A DNA stretch of 64,000 nt from positions 64,001 through 128,000 of the forward strand of contig CAWBMV010000003.1 of the NCBI GenBank assembly GCA_963789955.1. Direction: 5' to 3'. This stretch comes from an uncultured Candidatus Rokubacteria bacterium (GTDB lineage Bacteria; Methylomirabilota; Methylomirabilia; Rokubacteriales; CSP1-6). Position numbers and translations under genes: made by a program. This document shows, in pieces, positions 29,791 to 39,322 of the stretch (positions are counted from its first letter, which is position 1; the number at the start of each line of letters is the position of its first letter). The notes under the pieces are model-generated. The model searched no databases. It saw only the letters and a program-made list of their open reading frames with translations, and had not been told where the DNA came from.

Positions 29791-30942
29791 ATGAAGGTGA
29801 CGACCGTCACGCCGTTCGTCGTGGATCCGGGCTACGGGAAGAACTGGCTCTTCGTGAAGGTCGAGACCTCCGATGGTCTCCACGGCTGGGGTGAGTGTTA
29901 CACGCAGGCCGACCGCGATCAGTCCATCGTCGCCCACGTGCGCCAGCTCGCGCGCTATCTGATCGGCCGCGACGCCGGCCACATCCGCCACTTCACGCAC
30001 TGGGCCTATCACGACTACGCCGCCAAGCGCGGCGCGATGGACTTCTGGAGCGCGGTCAGCGGCATCGAGCAGGCGCTCTGGGACCTGGCCGGCAAGCGCC
30101 TGGGCGTGCCCGTGGTGAGCCTGCTCGGCGGCCCGTGCCGCGAGCGGATCCGCGTCTACGCGAACGGCTGGTACTCGGGCGCCAAGAGCCCCGACGCCTA
30201 CGCGGCGAGGGCGAAGCAGACGGTCGCGCGAGGCTTCACCGCGCTCAAGTTCGACCCGTTCCCGGGGCCGTGGCGCACCCACATCTCGCGCGAGGCCGAG
30301 CAGCAAGTCGTCGAGACCGTCCGGGCCGTGCGCGACGCGGTCGGTCCCAAGGTGGATCTGCTGATCGAAGTGCACCGCCGGCTCGCGCCGATGCACGCGG
30401 TGCGGGTGGCGCGCATGCTCGAGCCCTTCGATCCGTTCTGGTACGAGGAGCCGGTTTCGGCGCGCGATCTGGGGGCGCTGGCCGAGTGCCGGCGCGAGAT
30501 CCGGATACCGATCGTCACGGGCGAGGAGCTCTACACGCGCTACGAGTTTCGCGAGGTGTTCGAGCGCCGCGCGGCGGACATCATCAACCCCGACGTGTGC
30601 AACGTGGGCGGGATCGAGGAGCTCCGTGAGATCGCCGCGATGGCCGAGGCGTACCACGTGGTCGTCTCGCCCCACAACTACAACAGCACCACCGTCGGCC
30701 TCGCCGCGACCTTGCACGTGTCGGCCGCGATTCCGAACTTCCTGATCACCGAGTACTTCGTGAACTTCGACACCCGGGCGGCCGAGGTGGCCGTCACGCC
30801 GTTCCGGCTCGACCACGGGTATCTGACGGTGCCGACGGCGCCGGGGCTCGGGATCGAGCTTCGCGAGGACGCGCTGGCGCGGTACGCGTATCGCGAGTTC
30901 CCGCCGCGGAACATCCCGACCCCCGGCGACGAGGGGCCCTAG
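29791..30942 (+). CDS. Mandelate racemase/enolase-superfamily dehydratase (DgoD-like)
   Basis: NWLFVKVET..GWGE, EQALWDLAGK, KFDP, IEVH, WYEEP, TGEE, INPD, SPHN. Confidence 0.88.
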   Translation: MKVTTVTPFVVDPGYGKNWLFVKVETSDGLHGWGECYTQADRDQSIVAHVRQLARYLIGRDAGHIRHFTHWAYHDYAAKRGAMDFWSAVSGIEQALWDLAGKRLGVPVVSLLGGPCRERIRVYANGWYSGAKSPDAYAARAKQTVARGFTALKFDPFPGPWRTHISREAEQQVVETVRAVRDAVGPKVDLLIEVHRRLAPMHAVRVARMLEPFDPFWYEEPVSARDLGALAECRREIRIPIVTGEELYTRYEFREVFERRAADIINPDVCNVGGIEELREIAAMAEAYHVVVSPHNYNSTTVGLAATLHVSAAIPNFLITEYFVNFDTRAAEVAVTPFRLDHGYLTVPTAPGLGIELREDALARYAYREFPPRNIPTPGDEGP

Positions 30943-30952
30943 CCCGATTCCC

Positions 30953-33397
30953 GTGGCCGGGTCGCTCCCTTCGCACGCGCGGGTGGTCGTCATCGGCGGC
31001 GGGATCGCCGGCTGCAGCGTCGCCTATCACCTGACGAAGCTCGGCTGGCGCGATGTCCTGCTGCTGGAGCGTCGCGACATCTCCTGCGGTACCACCTGGC
31101 ACGCGGCCGGCCTTGTCGGTCAGCTGCGCGCGACCCAGAACCTCACGCGCCTGGCCAAGTACGGCGGCGATCTCTACGAGCGCCTGGAGGCCGAGACCGG
31201 CCAGGCCACCGGCTTCCGCCGGCCCGGCAGCCTGAGCCTGGCGCGGAACGCCGAGCGCATGCACGAGCTCAAGCGGCTCGCCTCGATGGCTCGCTGCTTC
31301 GACGTCGACGTCGAAGTCATCACGCCGGCCGAGGCGGGGCGTCGCTGGCCGCTCATGCGCACCGACGATCTGGTCGGCGCGTTGTGGCTGCCGCGTGACG
31401 GCCGCACGAACCCCATCGACACGACCCTGGCGCTCGCCAAGGGCGCGCGTCAAGGCGGGGCGACGGTTCTCGAGAACACCGCCGTCACCGGGATTCGGGT
31501 CGAGAATGGTCGCGTCACCGGGGTGACGACGACCGGCGGCGAGGTGGCGTGCGAGGTCGTCGTGAACAGCGCCGGCATGTGGGCGCGCGAGGTCGGCCGC
31601 ATGGCCGGCGTCACGGTGCCGCTCCACGCGTCGGAGCACTTCTACATGGTCACCGAGCCCATGGCCGGCGTGACGCCCGACCTGCCGGTGCTGCGCGATC
31701 CCGACGGCTACATCTACGTGCGCGAAGAAGTCGGCGGTCTGCTCATGGGCGGTTTCGAGCCGGTGGCGAAACCCTGGGGCATGGGCGGGATCCCCGCCGA
31801 CTTTTCCTTCTCGCTGCTTCCCGAGGACTGGGAGCACTTCCAGGTCCTCATGGAGCAGGCGCTGATTCGCATTCCCGCGCTCGAGACCGCGCCGATCCGC
31901 CGCCACGTCAACGGCCCCGAGAGCTTCACGCCCGATGGGCGATATCTCCTGGGCGAGGCGCCGGAGTGCCGCAACTTTTTCGTCGCGGCCGGCTTCAACT
32001 CGATCGGGATCGCGTCGGGCGCGGGCGCGGGCCGCGCCGTGGCCGAGTGGATCGCCGGCGGCGAGCCGCCGATGGATCTCTGGGACGTCGACATCCGCCG
32101 CGTCGCGCCGTTCCAGGGGAATCCCGCCTATCTGCGCGATCGCACCGTGGAGATGGTCGGCGTGCTCTACGCGATTCACTGGCCGTTCCAGCAGCCGGTC
32201 ACGGCGCGCGGCGTGCGCAAGAGCGCGCTGCACGACCGCCTCGCCGCGCGCGGCGCGTGCTTCGGCTCCGTGATGGGCTGGGAGCGCGCCAACTGGTACG
32301 CGACACCCGGGATGGAGGCCGCCTACCGGTACAGCTACGGGCGGCAGAACTGGTTTCCGTGCGCAGCCGCGGAGCATCGCGCCGTCCGTGAGGCCGTCGG
32401 ACTCTTCGATCAATCGTCGTTCTGCAAGCTGCGGGTGGAAGGGCCCGATGCGCTCGCCGTCCTGCAGCGGCTCTGCGCCAACGACGTCGACGTGGCGCCG
32501 GGCCGGCTGGTCTACACGCAGATGCTGAACGCCCGCGGCGGAATCGAGGCCGACCTGACGGTGACCCGGCTGGCCTCCGACGCCTTCCTGGTGGTCACCA
32601 GTGCCTCCGCCTCGACCCACAACAGCCACTGGATCCGGCGCCACCTCGGCGAGTCGCGCGCGGTGCTCACCGACGTCACCTCGAGCGAGGCGGTGCTCGG
32701 CGTGATGGGGCCGCGCTCGCGAGAGCTGCTGGCGCGACTCACCGACGCCGACCTCTCGAACACGGCGTTCCCGTTTCTCTCCTCGCAGAACGTCTGGCTC
32801 GCGTCGGCGCCGGTGCGGGCCGCACGTGTGACCTATGTCGGCGAGCTGGGCTGGGAGCTGTACGTCCCCACGGAGTTTGCCGGCACCGTCTACGACGCGG
32901 TCGTTACCGCGGGGGACGGCCTGGGCCTTCGCCACGCGGGCTATCACGCGATGGACTCGCTCCGGATCGAGAAGGCGTATCGCTCCTGGGGTCACGACCT
33001 GGGGTGCGAGGACTCGCCGCTCGAGGCCGGCCTGGGGTTCGCGGTGCGGTTCGACAAGCGCGCCGCGTTCATGGGCCGCGACGCGCTGCTGGCCCAGGGC
33101 GAGAAGCCGCTCGCGCGGCGGCTCCTGGTTTTTGTTCTCGACGACCCGGAGCCGCTGCTCTACCACGACGAGCCCATCTGGCGCGACGGTGTGCTGGTCG
33201 GTCGCATCGCGTCGGGTGCGTACGGCCACACGCTCGGGCGCTCCATCGGTCTGGGCTGGGTCAGCCACCTCGACGGCGTCACGGAAGCCTTCGTGACGAG
33301 CGGACGGTGGGAGATCGAGATCGCGTGCGAGCGCCGAGGCGCCCGCGCCCAGCTGGTACCGCCCTACGACCCGAAGTCGCTCCGCGTCCGCGCCTGA
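30953..33397 (+). CDS. FAD-dependent oxidoreductase fused to GcvT domain (dimethylglycine dehydrogenase/4-methylaminobutanoate oxidase-like)
   Basis: VVIGGGIAG, GTTWHAAG, NGPESFTPDG, GWERANW, TYVGELGWEL, LRIEKAY, YDPKS. Confidence 0.92.
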   Translation: MAGSLPSHARVVVIGGGIAGCSVAYHLTKLGWRDVLLLERRDISCGTTWHAAGLVGQLRATQNLTRLAKYGGDLYERLEAETGQATGFRRPGSLSLARNAERMHELKRLASMARCFDVDVEVITPAEAGRRWPLMRTDDLVGALWLPRDGRTNPIDTTLALAKGARQGGATVLENTAVTGIRVENGRVTGVTTTGGEVACEVVVNSAGMWAREVGRMAGVTVPLHASEHFYMVTEPMAGVTPDLPVLRDPDGYIYVREEVGGLLMGGFEPVAKPWGMGGIPADFSFSLLPEDWEHFQVLMEQALIRIPALETAPIRRHVNGPESFTPDGRYLLGEAPECRNFFVAAGFNSIGIASGAGAGRAVAEWIAGGEPPMDLWDVDIRRVAPFQGNPAYLRDRTVEMVGVLYAIHWPFQQPVTARGVRKSALHDRLAARGACFGSVMGWERANWYATPGMEAAYRYSYGRQNWFPCAAAEHRAVREAVGLFDQSSFCKLRVEGPDALAVLQRLCANDVDVAPGRLVYTQMLNARGGIEADLTVTRLASDAFLVVTSASASTHNSHWIRRHLGESRAVLTDVTSSEAVLGVMGPRSRELLARLTDADLSNTAFPFLSSQNVWLASAPVRAARVTYVGELGWELYVPTEFAGTVYDAVVTAGDGLGLRHAGYHAMDSLRIEKAYRSWGHDLGCEDSPLEAGLGFAVRFDKRAAFMGRDALLAQGEKPLARRLLVFVLDDPEPLLYHDEPIWRDGVLVGRIASGAYGHTLGRSIGLGWVSHLDGVTEAFVTSGRWEIEIACERRGARAQLVPPYDPKSLRVRA

Positions 33398-34494
33398 TCC
33401 GGTAGTAGCGGCCAGGCGAGCTGGTGCCAGTACCCTTCCGGCACCGGTCGCCCGGTGATGCCGTAGACCTCGGGCCAGCGCCCCTCAGGCAAATACGCGG
33501 TGCCGAAGAGCCGGTCGATCCACGGCAGATGCACGGCGAAGTTCTTGTCCACCGGAGTCGCGGCGTGGTGCCAGTGGTGAAAACGCGGTGTGGCCACGAG
33601 CCAGTCGAGCGCTCCGAGATCGACCCGCACGTTGGCGTGGATGAAGACCGCGAGGAACGACACGAACACGAGGTATGCGTAGACGGCCGGCGGCGCGAAG
33701 CCGAGCACGTAAAGCGGCACGAACGAGAGGCCGCGCGTCACGACGATGTCGATCAGATGCAGCCGCGATCCGGCCAGCCAGTCCATGGTCTCCGACGAGT
33801 GGTGGATCGCGTGGAGGCGCCAGAGCGAGGGCACCCGGTGAAACGCCCGATGCACCCAGTACTGGGTGAAGTCGGCGACGAGGATGATCTCGAGAAACTG
33901 GAGCGCCAGCGGCTGCGCCGCCACCTTATCTTGTAAATAGGGCTGCGTGGCCCAGCGGAAGAGCAGCGCCGCGGGCAGCATCGTGAGCACGACCGTCACC
34001 TGCACCATGAGGTGGCTCATCGCGAAGTGCATGAGGTCGGTCGTCCAGCCCGGACGGAAGATCGGCTGCGCGGGCAAGCGCGGGATCACGCGCTCGAGCG
34101 GGACGAAGAGGAGTGCGAGCACGAACAGGTTCAGCAGGAACCAGTCGAGCCCGACCGCGGTCGTCCCGCCGAGGGTGCCGACCTCCGCGGTCGATCCTCC
34201 GAGCAGCGTGCCTGCGGTGGCGAGCGCCATGCCCGTGAAGCCGAGCACCTTGCGGCGCCGCAGCACGACGCTCAAGGCGCCGAGACCGAAGCCGATCACG
34301 AGCATCACGTAGATCAGGAAGCGGACGAGGTCGAGCGGATAGAGCGCGCGCGCCGATGGCGTGGTCAGCCAGCTCGGGAAGAGCAGGCACAGGACCCCGC
34401 CGTAGCCGAGCGCGCCGCAGGTGACCGCGAGGACGCCGCTGATCCAGCCCGATCCGAAGTGATGCCCCGTGCCCTTGCCGAGGCCCGAGGTCAT
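33364..34494 (-). CDS. Sterol desaturase/fatty acid hydroxylase family membrane protein
   Basis: His boxes YWVHRAFH, LHAIHHS, FIHAN, FHHWHH; several TM segments. Confidence 0.88.
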   Translation of the reverse strand: MTSGLGKGTGHHFGSGWISGVLAVTCGALGYGGVLCLLFPSWLTTPSARALYPLDLVRFLIYVMLVIGFGLGALSVVLRRRKVLGFTGMALATAGTLLGGSTAEVGTLGGTTAVGLDWFLLNLFVLALLFVPLERVIPRLPAQPIFRPGWTTDLMHFAMSHLMVQVTVVLTMLPAALLFRWATQPYLQDKVAAQPLALQFLEIILVADFTQYWVHRAFHRVPSLWRLHAIHHSSETMDWLAGSRLHLIDIVVTRGLSFVPLYVLGFAPPAVYAYLVFVSFLAVFIHANVRVDLGALDWLVATPRFHHWHHAATPVDKNFAVHLPWIDRLFGTAYLPEGRWPEVYGITGRPVPEGYWHQLAWPLLPDQARTRSDFGS

Positions 34495-35543
34495 GCGAAG
34501 GCGAAGGCGCGGGCCGGGTTCTCCACGAGAAGACGCGTGAGGCCGAGGTCGTCGACACCCTTGGCGCGCAGGCGGGGCACCACGTTCACGAGCAGGTGGT
34601 GATAGCCGTAGCCGCCGTACTTCACGAGCGAGGTCTTGTAGGCGATGTCGTGCGACATGAGGATCTGATCGCGGTGGCCGGCGTCGATCAGCGCGAGCAC
34701 GTGCGCCATGCGGCCGCCGTCGTTGGGCATGTCGAAGCTCGGGTTGTACGGATAGAACGAGTTCTCCATCCCGAAGAGGTCGTACTCGAGCCAGATGCCG
34801 GTCTGGGCGAGGTCGATCACCGCTCGGATATCGCTGATCGTGCGGCAGATGTGGCACATGATCGTGCGGCGCAGCTCGCCGCCTTCCTTGCGGATGAACT
34901 CGGCGAGCTGCATCGGCATGTCCGGGTGGCGGCCGGGATGGATCATGAGCGGCGCACCCGTCTCGCGCTGGGTGATGATCGCCGCCCGCAAGACCTTCCG
35001 TTCGTTCTCTGTCCACGGGTAGGTGGTGCCGATCTCGCCGATGAGACCGGCGCGGACGCCGGTATCGCCGACTCCGGAGGTGACGTCAGCGATCATCTCG
35101 CGCGCCAGCTCGTCGACGGTGCGGCGATCCATATCGGCCGGATGGGACGCGCTGACGTAGTAGCCGGCGCCCATGACCACGTTGAGGCCGGTGGCGCGCG
35201 CGATGCGGGCGAGGGCCAGGGGATCGCGGCCGATCGTCTTCGGCGTCGGATCGACCACGGTGCGGCCGCCGGCGTGCTTGAACAGGAGGATCTCGTCCTG
35301 GGCCACCTGCTCGTCGAGGAGCCGGAGGTTGTCCAGGTTGGCGTTGAAGTTCTGGCGGACCCAGCCGAGGTTGCCGAGGCTCACCGGCTCCCAGGCGCGC
35401 CCCTTGTCGCTGGCGGCCGCCGGCTCGGCGAACATCACCTTGAAGTCGATCAGGAGGTGCTCGTGGGGCAGGGTGACGCCGATCGCGCTCGGCGCGATGG
35501 CGCCGAGTACTGTCTGGACCTGCCCCGCCAGCGGCCCCGGCAT
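34491..35543 (-). CDS. Phosphotriesterase-related (PHP) amidohydrolase
   Basis: TLPHEHL, VVDPT, IGEIG, MIHPG, MCHI, MSHDI. Confidence 0.9.
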   Translation of the reverse strand: MPGPLAGQVQTVLGAIAPSAIGVTLPHEHLLIDFKVMFAEPAAASDKGRAWEPVSLGNLGWVRQNFNANLDNLRLLDEQVAQDEILLFKHAGGRTVVDPTPKTIGRDPLALARIARATGLNVVMGAGYYVSASHPADMDRRTVDELAREMIADVTSGVGDTGVRAGLIGEIGTTYPWTENERKVLRAAIITQRETGAPLMIHPGRHPDMPMQLAEFIRKEGGELRRTIMCHICRTISDIRAVIDLAQTGIWLEYDLFGMENSFYPYNPSFDMPNDGGRMAHVLALIDAGHRDQILMSHDIAYKTSLVKYGGYGYHHLLVNVVPRLRAKGVDDLGLTRLLVENPARAFAFA

Positions 35544-35546
35544 CGG

Positions 35547-36482
35547 CTACCGGAAGGCCGGCGCGATCTCCACGATGAACCGGTCGAGGTCGCGGCGCAG
35601 CTCGTCGACCGGGCGGAACATGCTCGGGATGAAGAGCGTGTCGACCTTGGCCGACTGGAGCTGGTGAAGCTGCTCGCGGATCTGGTCCGGGGTGCCCGCG
35701 AGGCACGTGTCGCGTGCGTCGGCGGCGTGACGGCCCATGCGCTTGGCGATCGTCTCGGCGAGCTGCTCCACTTCACTTTTGTTGTCGGTGATTAGGAGCG
35801 CCATGTTCGCAGAGCGCTTGAGGCTCTTGGGATCGCGGCCCAGGGTCGCGCAGTGGTCGTCGAGGATCTTGCCCTTGCGTGCGAGGACCCGCGGGCCGCC
35901 CCAGCAGTTCCAGTGATCGGCGTGCTTGGCCACGATGCGCAGGGTGACCTTCTCGCCGCCGCCGCCGATCATGAGCTCGGGGTGCGGTGTCTGGATCGGC
36001 TTCGGATCGAGCGGGGCATCGGTGAGCTGGTAGTAGCGTCCCTCGAACGTCGTGCGGCGCTCCTTCCACAGCGACCGGATCACCTGACAGGCTTCGTCCA
36101 GCCGCTCGAGCCGCTCGCGCATCGTGTAGAACGGGATCCCGTAGGCTTCGTGCTCGTTCTGCTGCCATCCCGCGCCCAGGCCGAGGAGGAGCCGGCCGCC
36201 GGAGATGATGTCGACCTGAGCCGCCATCTTGGCGACGACGGCCGGGTGCCGATAGGTGTTGCCGAGGACGATCGTGCCGATGCGCAGCCGCGGCACCAGG
36301 GCCGCCAGGGCACTCAAGGTGCTCCACGACTCGAGCATGGCGCCCTCGCGCTCTTTCGTGTTCGGCATGAAATGATCGGTCACACAGGCGATATCCCAGC
36401 GCGTCGTCTCGAGGTGCTTCCAGAGGTCGAGCACGCCCGCCCAGGTCTGGCCCCCCATGCTGGTGAAGATGCCGAAGCGCAT
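35547..36482 (-). CDS. LLM class F420-dependent oxidoreductase
   Basis: VTDHFMP, GNTYRHPAV, SGGRLLLGLGAGW, MIGGGGEKVTLRIVAKHADHWN. Confidence 0.88.
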   Translation of the reverse strand: MRFGIFTSMGGQTWAGVLDLWKHLETTRWDIACVTDHFMPNTKEREGAMLESWSTLSALAALVPRLRIGTIVLGNTYRHPAVVAKMAAQVDIISGGRLLLGLGAGWQQNEHEAYGIPFYTMRERLERLDEACQVIRSLWKERRTTFEGRYYQLTDAPLDPKPIQTPHPELMIGGGGEKVTLRIVAKHADHWNCWGGPRVLARKGKILDDHCATLGRDPKSLKRSANMALLITDNKSEVEQLAETIAKRMGRHAADARDTCLAGTPDQIREQLHQLQSAKVDTLFIPSMFRPVDELRRDLDRFIVEIAPAFR

Positions 36483-36530
36483 GTCATTCTCCTCTCTTGT
36501 GCCCACATACTATCGCGACAGGGAGGACCT

Positions 36531-36653
36531 ATGGCCATCATCCGCATCCACACCGGCTCCGACGGCAAGTCGCATTTCCAGGAGATCGTGCCGAAATTCG
36601 AGTCGCGCGAGGACAAGTCCGAGACCGCCGAGCTGATCCCCGGCAGTGGCATG
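36531..36653 (+). pseudogene. Truncated copy 1 of small cupin-like gene (first ~40 codons)
   Basis: MAIIRIHTGSDGKSHFQEIVPKFESREDKSETAELIPGSG with the same GGAGGACCTATG start as the intact copy at 41884, then unrelated sequence. Confidence 0.8.
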
Positions 36654-36880
36654 CGCCGCGACGCCCGCGGATCCGCCGAGGGCCGCTCCTGCTCGAGCCG
36701 GGTCAGCATCGCCTCGAACAACTCCCCGGCGTCTGCGTGACCGTTGGCCATCGCCTCGGTGACCGGGCGGCCAAAGGCGTACTGCCAGAGGAGCGCCTCC
36801 ATACTGCCGGCCTGGCCCGCCAGGAGGCGCTGCCGGAGGCGCTCTTGATATTTCGGCCCGAGCAGATCGCGCGCTAGACC
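36654..36880 (-). pseudogene. Remnant of a probable phage/mobile-element small protein
   Basis: Reads ARDLLGPKYQERLRQRLLAGQAGSMEALLWQYAFGRP; family assignment is from recollection only. Confidence 0.3.
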
Positions 36881-36966
36881 CTTGGACCGGCTATACTACC
36901 GTTCCGTGGATTCAAGCGTGAGCCAACGTGAGGTCGATCGAAATCCCTTTTCGTTGAAGTCCCCAC

Positions 36967-37722
36967 ATGGTCGGCCTATTCCTCTTCATCATTGCCCTAG
37001 GGTGGCTGGCTGGTCCCGTCTATATTCAGCTGACCCGGCGTAAGAACGCGCTGTTCATGCGGATGCTCGAGCAAATCACTGACTGGCTCGACAGCCACGA
37101 CATCGAGTACTGGCTCGATTGGGGGACCCTGCTGGGAGCCGTGCGCGAGGGCCGTCTCCTGCGGCACGATACCGACGTCGATCTTGCGGTTCCTGCGGAG
37201 CGTGCAGCCCATCTTCGGCAGGCCGTGGCCCAGGAGCAGCTGGCGGATCGGTACTTCGTGAAAGATCGAGGAACGTCGATTCTCTTCGGATTGCGCCGCC
37301 ATCCGTTCCTCCATGCGATAGAGGATGAGGTCCTCGTCCACGTGGAGTTCGTTGAGGAGGATACGCAGGCCGGTGATCTCGTCCTTTCGGGCGGGAAGCG
37401 CCGTGTGCCTCTGGCCCTCGTCCGTCCGCTGGGTTCCATTCGTCTGGGGAACCGCGCCCATCCAACTCCGGGTGAGCGAGAAAACTATCTGCAGGCCTTG
37501 TATGGGTACTGGGGACGCCGGTGTGTTTATGAGGGTAACGATCGATATCGGGCTTGTGCCTCGATACGTGACTATCTGATTTACTGGGGTCAGCAGCTGA
37601 TCTTCTATCGCCTCTACTTCTCATGGAAGAGCCTGCCATTGCCGCGAACCTGGAAGGCGTGGCTGGACCACTGGTCAGGGAGACTATCCCGAAAGCTCTC
37701 GTTTCCCGAGCCCAAGACATAG
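36967..37722 (+). CDS. licD: LicD family nucleotidyltransferase-fold protein
   Basis: N-terminal TM; YWLDWGTLLGAVREGRLLRHDTDVDL; YLQALYG. Confidence 0.82.
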   Translation: MVGLFLFIIALGWLAGPVYIQLTRRKNALFMRMLEQITDWLDSHDIEYWLDWGTLLGAVREGRLLRHDTDVDLAVPAERAAHLRQAVAQEQLADRYFVKDRGTSILFGLRRHPFLHAIEDEVLVHVEFVEEDTQAGDLVLSGGKRRVPLALVRPLGSIRLGNRAHPTPGERENYLQALYGYWGRRCVYEGNDRYRACASIRDYLIYWGQQLIFYRLYFSWKSLPLPRTWKAWLDHWSGRLSRKLSFPEPKT

Positions 37723-37799
37723 CTTTCGGCGTGCAGTGCCCTCCGGGAGCTGGGAGGCGCGCGACGATCAGGCGATTCGCTCGGGTCGCGCGGGCCGAA

Positions 37800-37890
37800 C
37801 ATCCTTGGCGACCAGGCCCTCATAGTCGTGCGCAATCACTTCCGCCCACGCCTCGAACCCGTTCCGCGCGAGCCGGCGCACAGGCAGGCT
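37800..37890 (-). pseudogene. Fragment of ATP-dependent DNA ligase
   Basis: LPVRRLARNGFEAWAEVIAHDYEGLVAKD (EGxxxK ligase motif IV). Confidence 0.55.
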
Positions 37891-38309
37891 GGATCGCCGC
37901 GTCCTCGTCGGGGACGAGCCTCGCGAGGAGGTAGATGCCATAAACTTCAATCGGTAGATCAGACATCACGGTAGCGTACCACCCGGGTGATGGCCGGGTA
38001 GCGCCGGTGCGGTTTGGGCCGAAGGTCATCAGGCGGATGTGGAGCCCGGCGCCGCCCATAGTTCACGTCTGCTAGACTCCGGTTGAGCGGTCCTCCTACG
38101 CGGTAGCCCATCTATTTGATGCGTCTCGCGTTCCTGACGCAGCGATAGATTCGCTTCAGGGTTGCGCCGTCGGAAACCACGGCGTTACCAGGTAGATCTC
38201 CAAGGCCTGGATGCGACGGCTCGGCCGGTGGATGTAACCGACGATCCGGACGTACTCGTACCCGCGGAATCACTGGTAGTCCAGAGACCGATTCAACCTG
38301 AGGCAATCG

Positions 38310-38515
38310 AGCGGGATTCGAACCCTGTACCATCGACCGCTCGAAGTCGGCGGGCTCGCTGGGAGCGCCACTCGAACCCCGTGCGCGCAAGCACCGAACA
38401 CGGAGCCGCGCCCCAGTGAGCCTGACCGTGGTGGATGTCCAGTGGGGAATTGCGCTGCCAGCGCCAGTACAGGGTCGACGACACACCACGGAGCCGCCGG
38501 CCGAGCGAAGGAGGG
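38310..38515 (+). ncRNA. Non-coding segment upstream of IS110 transposase (candidate bridge RNA region)
   Basis: ACCCTGTAC (38322-38330) pairs with GTACAGGGT (38467-38475), enclosing GC-rich stems; directly 5' of the IS110 ORF. Confidence 0.5.
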
Positions 38516-38519
38516 CTCG

Positions 38520-38895
38520 ATGACTGAGACCGCCTATGCGATGTACGTCGGCATTGATTGGGGCACCGCCAGTCACCCGGTGGCGGTGCTCGACGCCCAG
38601 CGAGTGCCGCTGGGCGAGCGCGCCGTTGCCCATGACGGCGCGGCGTTCCAGACCTTCACCGAGTGGTTGACGCTACTCGCGGGCGCGGAGCCAGCCCGCG
38701 TCGCTGTCGCGCTGGAGGTGCCGCGCGGCGCCGTGGTAGACACGCTGCTCGAACGTGGCTTCCACGTCTTCGCCCTCAACCCCAAGCAGCTCGACCGCTT
38801 CCGCGATCGCCAAAGACGATCGTCGGGATGCTTTCGTACTGGCCACCGCCTGGCGACCGACCAACCGGCCTTCCGACGGCTCGCGCCCGAGTGCG
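38520..38895 (+). mobile_element. IS110 family transposase relic (N-terminal DEDD domain only)
   Basis: YVGIDWG..HPVAVLD, VALEVPRG, FALNPKQLDRFRDR, KDDRRDAFVL; internal deletion and truncation. Confidence 0.88.
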
Positions 38896-38910
38896 CTACG
38901 ACGCCCACAG

Positions 38911-39265
38911 TCGCCACCATTACCAGCGGTTCCGACGGCAAATCGCACTTTCAGGAGATCGTGCCCAAGCTCGAGCCGCGCGGCGACAAGTCCGAGACCG
39001 TCGAGCCGATTCCGGCAGCGGCATCATCGTCCGCCGCTTCGAGCCGACGCGATCCAACCCGTGGCATCACGCACCCAGCCGCTACGCGGTGTTCTACCCT
39101 TTCCGGCGCGGTCGACATCGAGATCGGCGACGGGACGGTGCGCCGGCTCGGCCGGGCGACATCTTGATCGCCGAGGACCTGACCGGGCAGGGACACGCGA
39201 CACGGGAAGTCGGGCCTGAGCCGCGGGTCTCGATCTTCGTGCCGCTCCAGGCGAGCAAGAGTTGA
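38911..39265 (+). pseudogene. Degenerate copy 2 of cupin-like gene
   Basis: GSDGKSHFQEIVPKLEPRGDKSET...RRFEPTRSNPWHHAP...GDILIAEDLTGQGH; no start codon, frameshifted. Confidence 0.8.
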
Positions 39266-39322
39266 GAAAATGACATCCTCACTCTGTCGAGCGATCCATT
39301 CCATCGGCGAGAGGCGAAGACT

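Noticed and set aside
30794..33268. Long antisense ORFs (824 aa here; also 15996-17894, 27241-29022 and others)
   Set aside because: Shadow ORFs produced by high-GC codon bias opposite well-supported genes; no recognisable motifs
38312..38326. GGGATTCGAACCC, resembling a reverse-strand tRNA T-arm or att site
   Set aside because: No acceptor, anticodon or D arm could be built around it; it fits better as part of the IS110 non-coding end
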